Source of the DNA: Octopus vulgaris
Lineage: Eukaryota
Direction: 5' to 3'
NCBI GenBank assembly: GCA_951406725.2
Contig: OX597829.1
Coordinates: forward strand, 27,032,001 to 27,096,000
DNA: 64,000 bases
Part shown: positions 37,510 to 50,316 of the stretch, in pieces
How the letters are laid out: every line of letters begins with the position of its first letter
Position numbering within the stretch: position 1 is the first letter of the stretch
Made by a program: the position numbers and the translations under genes
The notes under the pieces: model-generated
Told to the model about the DNA's origin: nothing
What the model saw: the letters and a program-made list of their open reading frames with translations, nothing else
Databases searched by the model: none

Positions 37510-40500
37510 ATATATACAACGGGCTGCTTTCAGTTTCTGTTTACCAAATCCACTCACAAGGCTTTGGTTGGCCCGAGGCTATAGTAGAAGACACTTGCCC
37601 AAAGTGCCATGCAGTGGGACTGAATCTGGAACCATGTGGTTGGTAAGCAAGCTACTTACCACACAGCCACTCTTATGCCTATGCTTATTCACATTGTTTG
37701 GATTGATCATGCATTATCTTGTAGATTCAAGATTTCATTGACATGATTACTTTTAGGTCATTGAAGGGTCTGAGAGGCTGGATCTGGCCAGTTTTAATAT
37801 AAAACAGGGCCAAATATTTCTGGTTTAAATGCTAAAGAATGAAAGGGATGAGGAAGGGAAATATATATCACTAATCTTTTTTTTTTATGGTGTGAGGATA
37901 TGGTGCTTGTAAGTTTTACAACTGCTAGTTTAGTCCCTATTCAGACATGGTCAAAAGATATTCCATTTGCAATTGCCCCATCTTTTATCTGCATGCCTTG
38001 AACTTCTGACTGCATTATCCAATGTATCCTTTTTCTGAGATATGCAATTTGTGGGAGATTTGGTAGATATTTTTAGTGAGCTAAACAACACTGTAAAAGT
38101 CCTCTTGGTTCGATAGCTTTAATATTATGGTGCATTGGACTGGCAGAATCAGTAGGATGTCAAATAAATTCTTTTGTAGCATTTCATTTCATTACAGTAT
38201 TCAAATCTTGCAGCCAACTTTGCCTTTCTTTCCACTAGGGACAAAATAAAATGCCAGCAAAATACTGGTATCTATTTAGTTGACTGACTTCTGTCAAAAT
38301 TTGTGGCATTATGTCAATTTTAAAACTCAATATTATCCTTTTGAATTTAAAGCAATGAGCTGGCAGAATCGTTAGCATGCTGGGCAAAATGCTTAGTGGC
38401 ATTTTGTCTGTCTTCATGATCTGAGGTCAAATTCTCCCATGGTTGACTTTGCCTTTTGTCCTTTCAGGGTTGAAAAATAAATACCAGTTGAGCACTGAGG
38501 TTGATGTAACTGGCTTACATTACTGGTTTGGGACAAAATTTGAAACCAATATTATTCTGTTAAATTATAGACAATGCTTCACTTTAACAGTTATGTTCAG
38601 AAACATGGTTTACTTCAAATTTACCACGAAAAGATGCTGTGATGTATTTGCATATAAACAACTGTATTTACTATGAATGATAAATCCAACTATTGACCAA
38701 AGATTATTAAAATTGAGCCTAATGTGAAGAAGGTCCATCCAATATAAAAAAAGTATAGAAGACTTCTACACTACAATTAACAATCATTTATTTATTTTAC
38801 TATAAAAAACAAATTAATGCATTTAACAACAGAAAATTCTTAGTGGTTGATGTACGATTGAGTTTCAAAATGGATGTTTACTTGCAATAGCTTCTGATTT
38901 GGTAAAGCTTGAAGTCTTTACATAGACAAAATGGTAAATAGAAATCTTGCAGTGTTTTTCTTTTCTTTTTGGTAAGATAACTAAGACATTTTACTTGTAA
39001 TTTTGTTTTATAGTTATTTTTATTCATCTTTTTTAAAATTTTTATTACCAAATTTTTGTTTTTGATCCTCAGAAATACCAGCTTATATCATAAATATACA
39101 AATGTTTGGGTTATAGGCAAGTATCTCCCTTACAAAACTACTTAGAGGTATTACTATTTTCTAAGTTAACAGTAGAATTTATTTCCTATAAAATAACATA
39201 AGTTGGAAAATTATGCTTGACCATACATGTAAAAAAATTAAAAGGCAGCTGTACATTAAACATATCCGGCACAATTCCAGTTGCAATTCATTAGTTCAAA
39301 ACTAGCAATCATCAGGATAAGATAATTTCATTACAGATTAAATGCTTGTTTAATTGATTAACTTCAAAGAATCTTTTGATAGCAACTTATCTCTGTCTCT
39401 ACGTTACAAACTTCACATTTTTAAATGATCTACATTAAAACCTTCCATCAAAATATTTTGTTAATTTATGGTGCAAACATTAGCTTGATAATATAGTTAT
39501 TTAATTATTCATTAATTTCAAAACTAATTAGAACAATGGCAGTGTATTTCGACAGAAATATGGCAATGAAAATGTGAGCCACAATCACAACACAATGGCA
39601 TCAGAGATGTCATGTCTACACAATTGCTTACAAGCTAAAACAGGGCTCAAAGTAACACTGACATTTGAGATTCCCTTTAATGAGACAGTTGATTCTAAGA
39701 CCACAATTATTAAAATTTCCAATCACAAGACAACTTATAGGATAGTACAGGCTTGATGTGCTGATTGCACCAAATTATCATCACCATTGAACATTCGTTT
39801 TTGGGTTGGACAGCTTGACAGGAACTGGCAAGGCAAGGGGCCGCACTAGGTTCCAGTCTGTTTTGGCTTGGTTTCTACAGCTGGATGCTCTTCCTAATGC
39901 CAACCACTTTACAAGGTATACTGGGTGCTTTTTATGTGGCACCTTGGTTTTAAGATATCTATTTTGTTGTGGTGGATGGAACTTCTCAAGTTCAGCAATG
40001 CTCCATATATCTTGTCCTGTCATCTCCTTTGTAAGGTTCATCATTCTGAGATAAGCTTTCAATACATTGTCCTCTGTCTTCCTGGTTTTCCCCTCTTTCA
40101 CAACTTCCCTTTACTCTAAGTGATAATATTCAAACATGAACTTTACACCCCTCCACACTTTTCCATGAAGTATAGGTACAGGCATGGCTGTGTGGTTAAA
40201 AGTTTTACTTAGCAACTAAGGGTTACCTTTAGCAAATATCTTCTATAAACCCCAAGCCAACCAAAGCTTTATGAGTGAATTTGGTAATGAAAGAATTAAT
40301 AGAGAATAAAAAAAAAATGATGCACAATAATATCGATAAACAAAGGATGTAAAACATTTAATATTTTTGCGTGACTTGTGTTATTTTTTCAGAACTTATT
40401 TCCTGACAAGTTTGTGCAAAAAGAAAAGAAAGTTAAGACTTGAAACTCGTTGCTTATTTCTCATTGATTATTTATTTCATATAATAAAGACAGAAAACAT

Positions 40501-41129
40501 ACTGCCTCACAAAATATAAACAAACAAGAAAATGACAAACTCAATGAAATTAGGATTTTTTCGTTATAAATATATAAAATATACAATATAACAAAATATT
40601 GACTAATAACTCATTTTAGCTGTTGTATAAAAGAAAATTTAAATAAATTAATTTTATTAATTCATTTTTGTAGATTCTTGATGTGAACCTGTATGTTGAA
40701 ACAGATTTCCTTGTATCTCGGGAGGGTCATTTTACCAATAATAAACACACACACTGGCTCTAATTCACTTTATTATTTTTTGTTAATTAGTTAACTATTT
40801 AACCAGCTAACTAATTGATTGATTAATTATTTGGTCAATATGTTTGTCAAAGTCCTGTCACCATTCATGGTCTTATCAGTGACATGCCCTTTCAACTACT
40901 CCAAGTCACCTTTAGGTTTCAATATACAATATTGCATAATAGAATATAGCCTAACACAATATAAAATATGATACACTATAACATAATATTGACTAATATC
41001 TCAATTTAGGTGATGTGTAAACAAAATTTTAATTTTCAGTCACACTGAATGGCACCTTGGGCAAATGTTTTCTACTATAGCAGGTATCATTATTGTCATT
41101 GTTACTATTAATATTATTATGTCTTATTT

Positions 41130-42440
41130 GCTTTGCAAGATTCTTGATATGAAATCATGTGTATCTGCACAGGGGCTTTCTTTAAATGGATATGTTCTAC
41201 AGATCAGGGATTTTATGCGGGTCCCTGGTCTTTCTACTACGTTAATCTGTAGATTCATCTTGTCTAAAGATTTCCTAAAAAGATATGCTTGTGCATCTCC
41301 AAGGGTAGCATAAAAAAAACATGACATACTGGTTGTCATACCATGAGCTGGCCTTATCTATCTTCTTCCTCGTTCTTTCTAAGCTATTCCATGACTTACT
41401 TCTGTACAGCAGGAAGATCCCAATTGCATCATTTTCTATGTACTTAGCCCTGGCTCCTTTGCACAACTTGATCCTGTTTCTATGACCATACCCAGAGAAC
41501 TGCATCCAGTGTTGCGTCACACTCATCTTGTTGAGTTGCATACGCAGGACACGTTTCTCTTATCAAGTCAGCTACTTTGACATTATCTGCAACAGCTATG
41601 TTCGTGGGGGCCAGGTATTTAGAGGCCATGGGTATAGCATAATGGGAATGAAATATCTGGTTTTTGTTTACAGCAGAGTTCTGTGTGTAAAATTGGTAGT
41701 CTGTAGTTAGGATGATCTAGTTTAATACTCTGGTGGATGGAGTTAGCTATTTGCTGGATGCTCTCCATGGTGCAGGTTTCTAGTTAATTGACACCGTGTT
41801 GTAGAGGTGCTTTTGCCACTACATTGCTAAGTGTTCTTCGAAACTCCTATCCCACTATACCATAAAGAGGTTAGCCACATCACCAGCGATGAACTTGATC
41901 ATGTAGCCCTTTAGTGTAACTTTTAGTACTTGCAGCTACTGCATGTGCGACTATTTTTCTCACCTGATCGTAGTTTTCAGGGGTCTGTATGGCTCTAGTC
42001 CATCCAATCCATCTTTCTTTAGGTTTTTTTGACTGTTGAGGTTACAGTGGGGGTGGGGTGTCTTCCCCTTACCAATCTACTGAAGCAGAAACAGCTAAGG
42101 TTGTGTTTGTCTAGGTACACATCACTCAATATACAGAGTCTATACAATGTTGGTAGGTCATTATTTGGGACTTGGAAGCTGTTGGACATTCGTTTCTTTG
42201 GTCCCAGGGTGTTTGACCACATCATGTGAGCACTGAGGATCTTTTCCCTTTCCTGTTGCTGATGTGAGATTGCACTGCCTAGATATAGTTGAGCAGGCCA
42301 TCAACATTCTGCTAGACTGGTTTGTTGGGAGGCACATAACCTCCCTGTTCTTCATGTGTTGTACGAGTTTATGCACATCACATGTGGATTTTTTATCAAG
42401 TCATCTCTCTCTCTTGGTGTACTGTTCTAAAATCTAAGTC
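41130..42440 (-). mobile_element. Degraded Penelope-like element RT/thumb-linker region
   Basis: IAGDVANLF, MQFSGY, LYRSKSWN..ER..K...SWY, VVERPGTRIKSLICRTYPF..C resemble PLE RT C-terminal linkers; many stops and frameshifts. Confidence 0.6.
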
Positions 42441-43421
42441 TCATCCTAGCTATAGTGAATTGTGCTTCTCTTTGGTTGTTTGCTGTGAGATACAAACCAT
42501 TTAGTTAAAAGGTAGGATTGTTTGATAAATGCAACATATTGTATTACATATCACATGGGTTGAAAAATAGGCTTGATGCCGTTTATACTAGTTGTATTAT
42601 TTTCTTCTATCCTACCGTTTCTTTGGTTACTATCTGTTTCTATTATTACTTCTGTTGTTGTTGGTGGTTGCCTCTGTGGGTATTGTTGTTGTTAGTATTG
42701 ATTCTGCAGGCTTACATGGTTGTTGTTTTTATTACCCTCACTATTATCATTATGAAGGTGCGTGGCTTAGTGGTTAGGGCATTCGGCTCACGATTGTAAG
42801 GTTGTGAGTTCAATTCCTGTCGACGCATTGTGTCCTTCAGCAAGACACTTTATTTCACGTTGCTCCAGTCCACTCAGCTGGCAAAAATGAGTTGTACCTG
42901 TATTTCAAAGGGCCGGCCTTGTCACACTCTGTGTCATGCTGAATCTCCCTGAGAACTACGTTAGGGGTACGCGTGTCTGTGGATTGCTCAGTCACTTTCA
43001 CGTTAATTTCACGAGCAGGCTGTTCCATTGATTGTATAACTTAGTGTTTATATGTCTAGATCTAATATTTTGCCTATTAAGGGAATAATGAAAGTACTTA
43101 TTATTATTAAATTCAATAGCACAAAAAAAAAACAAACTTTTCACTACCTATACTATAATATTTTACGTTACAACTATTTCACAAAGTAACCACACTTAAT
43201 GGCTTTAGATTTTAGTTCACATATAATAATTATAATAAGAATAATTAAATAAATGTATGTATCTAAATTATAATTAATAAATAAAAAGAATTAGAAATCC
43301 ATATTTTTTCAATCAATAAGCACATACATAAACTACACCATTATTTCTTAAATAAATTTTATACTTATCTTTTTGAAGATATTTATGAACTAAAAATTCA
43401 AAACTAAAAACGTTTGAATAA

Positions 43422-43935
43422 TCTATATATATAAAACTGTAGTTGTGTGAGTGTCTGTCCCCTTCGATTTAGATTCCTAACTACTCCCATATTTTGCAGT
43501 GCAGTTTAACCAAATTCGGGTATCTTATAGTCGTGATTCATATCGAGCCCGTCTGGGTATTAGCGCGCGTCTACGATGAGTCTACGATTTTAAAAATAAT
43601 TTAACATCATTTTTTTATTCCATTTTAATGCATAATTTTTCGTGTGTCGATGGCGGCGGAGTTGGCATCCACGCTCACATCTGCACCTGTTTGCTTCTCC
43701 CCCTTCTTCCCTCCCTCGTGAAGCTGTGGGGAAGGGAGTGTAAGGAAATCAACGTCGTAAAGCGTTGTCAAGGAGACCAGCGTTCTTTTAGAACAATGAC
43801 TTCATGGCTTTAAGACACCAAAACAGAAATGGCTAAGAAAGCCCGAATTGGCATCTATAAGGTAAGAAACTCTCTAAAAATGCTTATATAGTTATTTCCC
43901 TTACAAACCCGAGCAACGCCGGGCGATACTGCTAG
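43422..43935 (+). mobile_element. Non-autonomous Helitron
   Basis: 5' TC(TATATATATAAA), 3' CTAG, subterminal hairpin cccg-agcaacgc-cggg; inserted between A and T with no TSD. Confidence 0.85.
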
Positions 43936-45471
43936 TTTACTTATATAATAAGTTTAACTTATTTGTGACTATTTATTTGGGAGTATTTATTTGATATATA
44001 AAATATATTTTGTATTAGTGTTGTTGTAGTTTTGGTTTTGTGGTAGTGTTTTGTATATAAGTCGACACGAGTTTGTATAACGTTTATTAAATTTTTAGAA
44101 TTAGATTAATTTTAGAAGTCTATTTAATAAATAAATATATAATATAATTAATGAATATTGATTAAACTATAGTTATTTAGATTAACTTAAGTATATCAAC
44201 TTAGTGGTTCGAAAATTTAGACTAATAGAATAAGTACCGGGCTTGCATAGAATGAGTCCTGGTGTCAATTTGTTCGAATAAAGGCAGTGCTCCAGTATGG
44301 ACCACATTTAAATGACTGAAACAAGTAAATAAGTACAAGGGTAATAGAAAATATGGATTAAATTATAGTTATATAAATTAATCTAAGTATATTTGTATTT
44401 TACGTTTTTTTAGCAGTAATTATTTGGAATTTTGAAGTTTCCAGTAAATGATATCTTATAGTTTTGTGATTTTATTCTCTTCTTGTCAAAGATAAAATAT
44501 ATTTTGTAGCTTTTATTGACAAAATGCATATTTCTATCTGTTTGTTCTATTTATTTAAGCTGTCTTCACGAGTAAATTTATAAATGCTAAGTAATACATT
44601 TTTACTTTTGAAATTTTCAGCTCATAAATATCTTTGAAAAGATAAGTTTACAATTTATTTAAGAAATAATGGTGTAATTTATATACTTATCGGTTGAAAA
44701 AAATATGGATTTCTAATTCTTTTATTTGTTAATTATAATTTATATATATATATATATATACATACATACAGGTTCTTGTTATGGAGCTATATGGTTATTC
44801 ACCATTAGGAGGGTGAGAATGATTTGTAAGAAGCTGCAAGTCCAGGTGGCTCCTTGAGGTACAAGGTAAGTAGAAGTGTTGGGACAGAGGAAATAGGAGT
44901 GTGGGTGAGCAAGGGTTTGCAAAAGTGTGTAGAGGAGCAAGATATGAGGGGATGGGAGGTAGGCAACAACTTTATAAGTTGACTTTTGGGTGGATGCTGG
45001 GAGTGATGGATGATCAATGATGCTCAAGTTGGGGAAGGCAGAGGGATACAGAGGAGATTGGGGGAGAGTGACAATAATAACTGATGATTATACAATTTAC
45101 AGGGGGTGGACAAGCGAGATGACATGTGGTTGGGTATGCTACAAGAGTGGAAGACAGAGGCGGGGGTCAGGGAGAAGTGCAAACGTAGAGCATGAGGGGA
45201 GATAATTTGGTGGTGATGGTGGTGGTGTGTGTGTGTGTGAGTGTTTTGTAGGAGAAAATGAATCACAGTAATTTGGGTGCAAATAGCTAACAAGTGAAAT
45301 GGTCCCAGGCAGCAAAAAAAAAAAAAAGTGGGGTGGATGGTCTTGTGGTGGTGATAGTGAGGAAATGTTTGGCGGAGATTAGGTGCATACCCCTTACTAT
45401 TATACGAACTTTAATTTAAATAGAAATCAAAAAGTTTACTTGAAAGATAGCACTAAAATTTTAAAAATTTA

Positions 45472-45567
45472 TCATCGATATGAATGGTTAGTTGATATAC
45501 CACCCCATTCAAGTAACTGTTTGTCTGGATTATCTTCCCAGCTCTCTGATTTCTGATGAAGAGTAAA
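45472..45567 (-). CDS. TLDc gene terminal coding exon (FTLHQKSESWEDNPDKQLLEWGGISTNHSYR*)
   Basis: ttttcag| acceptor with TGA stop at 45472-45474. The D-K-x-LLE-x-G tail resembles Rtc5-type C-termini. A second in-frame AG 15 nt downstream is an alternative acceptor. Confidence 0.88.
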   Translation of the reverse strand, partial: FTLHQKSESWEDNPDKQLLEWGGISTNHSYR

Positions 45568-46929
45568 CTGAAAATAATGAAATAATTTTGAAAATTAGTA
45601 TTCAAGAAATGGCTTTGCTTTAAAGTAAAGGATTCTATGAAGATATTGTTTAAATATGTCTTATGCTAAGTAAATTAGTTTTTTTTAAATTTTTTTATTT
45701 CCTCTGAAAAAAAAGGTGAAAGCAATTGCCAGCCCTAGAATTTATCATTATATACTATCTCAATATGTCACCACTAGTAACTTCTATGGTTCTTAGAGAA
45801 GTCCACAAATGGTATACTGCTCAAATGTCACAAACTTAATTAAAAAGAGCTTATTAAGAGCTTTGTTGGAAAGTTCTACTGCACCCACTGTAATCTCTGG
45901 TTATAATACCTTCAGATTATCACTTTATTTGCTCACTCACCAACGGTGTGTGTGTGACATTTCATTTAACAATGGTGAGTAATCAAAAATGTGACTTCTA
46001 TTGTAAAGGCATTGACAAGCTAGTTGAATGTTGGCAAGAAGTTGTGAGCAATGAAGGAGAATATTTGAGACGGATTTCTTGAAATTATTGATGAAAAACA
46101 AAGATTAAAATAAATGGGGTGGGGGGGGGGGAAACGAATTTATCTGACAGCCCAATAGAGCAATATATAATATATATTAGTGATATCATAAATGTTAGGC
46201 CAATTTCTCTAGGGAAAATAGTCAACACTGGAAGGACTTGAACTCTGAATGAATAAAGACTATAAATACTAAGGCATTCATTTAGACTAGTGGTTCTCGA
46301 GCAAGGTCCATATAGCTCTTTGGGGTCTACATAAGATTTTGTTGCTAAAATCTATACAATAAATTGGTTATATTTCTACAATACACAAAATATTTTATCA
46401 ATTTTTAAAATATAATTCCTAATATTTAATCATGAAAATGTAATCAGTTTCTTATTAAACATCGAATAGCTATAAAAGTCCAGTAGAATAAAACAGGAGT
46501 TAAAGGGGCTTCACAGGTGAAAAATAGTTGAGAACTCTGATTTAGATCAATACTATCAATTCTGCAAATTCATTGCCTTCCCATTATATTATAATCTTCA
46601 TTTATGGTCACAACTTTAATTCAATACCAGTTTCTCATTGTGGCAGATCATTCCAGCTCGTGCTATCTCATCAATGAACACAAACATTTTAGTACCTTAC
46701 TTTATATTTTCATATTCCATGATAAGCAGTACATCTTCACCTATTACTCATTCTCAATCACATCAGAAGTACATATCAATGCAGCTTCCTCTCCCATAGT
46801 TGATCACTTTAATGCCTAACCCTCTTTTCTGAACTTACATGTACCCCAGCCTAACATAACATTTCACATCCAACAAATCCCACACACTCCATTTCTCTTC
46901 AGCATCTCAACATACCCCGCATTCAATCT

Positions 46930-47305
46930 GCTTTACTTGTTTCAGTCATTTGACTGTGGCCATGCTGGAGCACTGCCTTTATTCGAGCAAATCGACCCCA
47001 GGACTTATTCTTTGTAAGCCTAGTACTTATTCTATTGTTCTCTTTTGCCAAACCACTAAGTTACGGGGACATAAACACACCAGCATCGGTTGTCAAGCAA
47101 TGTTGGGGGGACAAACACAGACACACATATATATATATATGTACAATGGGCTTCTTTCAGTTTCCGTCTACCAAATCCACTCACAAGGCTTTGGCCAGCC
47201 CAAGGCTATAGTAGAAGACACTTACCCAAGGTGCCATGCAGTGGGACTGAACCTAGAACCATGTGGTTCGTAAGCAAGCTACTTACCACACAGCCACTCC
47301 TACTC
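46930..47305 (-). mobile_element. SINE family A copy in the last intron
   Basis: Reverse-complement similarity to 3793-4175. Confidence 0.9.
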
Positions 47306-48242
47306 CAATATTTGTTTTATTAACATGTAATATCGTACTCTTTATATGTACTTCACACATCACCTGGTTCTGTTCTCCTATCTTGTTTCTCTCAAGCCAC
47401 CACAGGCATTCCACATTTAGTATCTCACTACTTTGAAATTTTACACTTCTTACACAAATAAGGTCAATGTTCATTACAAGCAGTTTCTTCCATTTCATTA
47501 CTAAAATAAATTTAACGTACTATCAACAATCTCTAGCGAAACATTTAAACAGTTAACAGATTTTATTGCATTATTGTTTTCACTGCTACCTACTCCTGTA
47601 TATCAATTATAACATGTATCATATCCAAACAGTCCAAAGGCTCCAACTGATGTATATCAATACTGTCAACTACTGCATATCTATTACATTTAGTGAAACA
47701 CCTAAACAGTTCAGACTTCCTTACATTGAACTCCTGCCAACAATTTATGTATAACTATCATATCTGAAGCCCTGGTTCTCATCAGACTGTCAACAATCCA
47801 ACTGTACCTTCTGCGTATCAACTTTTTTTTAACACCAAATATGCAGTACTGAATTGTCTACTAAACCACAATATAAATGTTAACATTTACCCTTTAACAT
47901 TTAGTCTTATCAATTTCTCCTTCAAAATACTTATATAACATTAGGTTGTCAGATAAATTTGATCATTTTTTCTTCCCATCTATTTTAATCCTTACTAATG
48001 TTATTTGAATTCGCAAAAAAATGTTTTTTTATAGTGCTTTATTTTTTTTTTGTAGCTCTATTTTTACTCTACAACTTTTTATTGTTTTTTAAATTTGAGT
48101 AATTTTTACCTCTATTCAGACATGGCAAAAAGAAAAGCAAAAGGAATTTATCTGACAGAATACATGTTACTAAAAAAAAATAAAGTTAAATAAAATAGTG
48201 TTAATAAAAAGAGACAAAGAACAGTTTGCAATTAAATTTTAC

Positions 48243-48335
48243 CTTTTTAGTTCTGTGTTTTTGGGTGTCTTTGATTTCCCACTGTTTTTGCTTTACTTGT
48301 GCTTCTAAAGCACCAGGTCCACCACAACCCCAAAC
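48243..48335 (-). CDS. TLDc gene exon (VWGCGGPGALEAQVKQKQWEIKDTQKHRTKK)
   Basis: ttcaag| ... |gtaaaa; 93 nt; E|VWGCGG closes the TLDc domain and is followed by an Rtc5-like helical tail. Confidence 0.92.
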
Positions 48336-49074
48336 CTTGAAATAAAATTTATACAAAAATAGATTTACCTCTAACACTACTTCAAAATAATGTAGAAATT
48401 TTAAAATCAAAACGTCATTGATATTAAGGAAGAGATTAATTTCAATAAAAAATCAAATGGAAATTGTAGTTGTGATCCCTGTGCCGGTGGCACATAAAAA
48501 GCACTAACCGATCGTGGCCGTTGCCAGCCTCCCCTGGCACCTGTGCTGGTGGCATGTAAAAAGCATCCACTACACTCACAGAGTGGTTGGCGTTAGGAAG
48601 GGCATCCAGCTGTAGAAACACTGCCAGATCAGACTGGAGCCTGGTGCAGCCTCCTGGCTTCCTAGACCCCAGTTGAACCATCCAATCCATGCTAGCATGG
48701 AAAACGGACGTTAAACGATGATGATGAACCATATGTTATATATGTATGTGAATGCACATGGCTTAGTGGTTAGGGTATTTGGTTCATGATCCAAGGTCAC
48801 GAGTTCAATTCCTGGTGACACATTGTGTACTTGAGCAAGACACTATTTCACATTGCTCCAGTCCACTCAGATGGCAAAAATGAGTAGTACCTGTATTTCA
48901 AAGGTCCAGCCTTGTCACACTGTGTCATGCTGAATTTCCCCAAGAACTACGTTAAGGATACAATGCTGTAACTGGAGTGCCAATTAATCAATGTATATGT
49001 ATACATATACACATGAATGAGTGGAGAAATGAAAGAAAAAGGCATTCAACACATTTAGGAGTTACATACACTAT

Positions 49075-49250
49075 TATTTAAAAGTTTGATTCAGCTCCAT
49101 ACATCTCAGAGTTCCACAGGCTTCTTACAGAAACCTAACTCATTCAGGCTCAGATTACCAAATTAGGTATTTTGAGCTCGAATGAACTAGGTTTCTGCAA
49201 GAAGCTTTCAAAACTGAGTGATATGGAACTGAATTAAACTGTTTTAAACT
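49075..49250. repeat. ~175-bp imperfect palindrome (foldback/MITE) in a TLDc intron
   Basis: gcttcttacagaaaccta/taggtttctgcaagaagc and flanking arms pair around a short aaatta loop. Confidence 0.8.
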
Positions 49251-49574
49251 ATTCCATATGTATATGTAATATTCTTATTTTGATCATGTCAGCCTCTTAC
49301 TTCTGATTTTCACTTGGGTAAAAGAATATATAAAATTTAAATAGATCAATAAGAGAAAATCTATATGGTTGCTTGACCTGTTAGAAATAACTACAAAATC
49401 TCTCAAATCACACTTCATCTTAAAAATTTAAACAATACATTAAGATAATGTAATGCTAGACACTCTTAAAAAACACAGGAATGACTGATCATAAGATCTA
49501 GTTGATTAGATTTGAGCTGGGATGATGGGAAAACAATACAACACAATAAAAATTCTACAAGAACAGGTACTTAC

Positions 49575-49729
49575 TTCAACTCTGTGTAATTTACATGTAA
49601 CACCATAATGTTTTATGGTGTCAAACTCGGAAGGTATTTCCAAAATCAACGACTTGGCATCTCGGCCTATCTGAATACCTTTCTTCATTTCTCTGTTGTA
49701 TTCATTCCAAAGAAGCATATTTGGTCCAG
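49575..49729 (-). CDS. TLDc gene exon (AGPNMLLWNEYNREMKKGIQIG...CKLHRVE)
   Basis: tatatag| ... |gtaagt; 155 nt, phase 1 to 0; overlaps ORF 49506..49718. Confidence 0.9.
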
Positions 49730-49951
49730 CTATATAAATAGAATCAATAGATGCTAAAACAGATCTGATTAAACAAAATAAGAGAAGGAATAATTATGAA
49801 AGTCAAACTGCGTCGGTGTTGATTAAATAAGGATAATTAACTTAATCTTTATTAATTATCTTCTAGATAACACTTCAAGTTTTAGAAAAATATGAAATTG
49901 CTTTCTCAACCATGCCTTAATACTAGTTATAATACTGATGATGTTAGATAT

Positions 49952-50316
49952 GGAGGTGCAATGGCCCAGTGGTTAGGGCAGCGGACTCGCGGTCGTAGGA
50001 TCGCGGTTTCGATTCCCAGACCGGGCGTTGTGAGTGTTTATTGAGCGAAAACACCTAAAGCTCCACGAGGCTCCAACAGGGATGGTGGTGATCCCTGCTG
50101 TACTCTTTCACCACAACTTTCTGTTTCTGTTGTACCTGTATTTCAAAGGGCCGGCCTTGTCACTCTCTGTGTCACGCTGAATATCCCCGAGAACTACGTT
50201 AAGGGTACACGTGTCTGTGGAGCGCTCAGCCACTTACACGTTAATTTCACGAGCAGGCTGTTCCGTTGATCGGATCAACTGGAACCCTCGTCGTCGTAAC
50301 CGACGGAGTGCTTCCA
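49952..50316 (+). mobile_element. SINE family B, young CpG-rich copy with a 12-bp TSD; older copies at 16083-16310, 42755-43030, 48757-48980
   Basis: tRNA-like head (TGGCCCAGTGG...GTTTCGATTCC); TSD gatgttagatat at 49940-49951 and 50317-50328. Confidence 0.92.

Noticed and set aside
40380-40890. Hammerhead-like remnants (CTGACAA..GAAAC on +, CTGATAA..AAAC on -); also CTGAAGA at ~35147
   Set aside because: Core positions are mutated and the stems are not convincing. They may be decayed pLTRs but cannot be supported as ribozymes.
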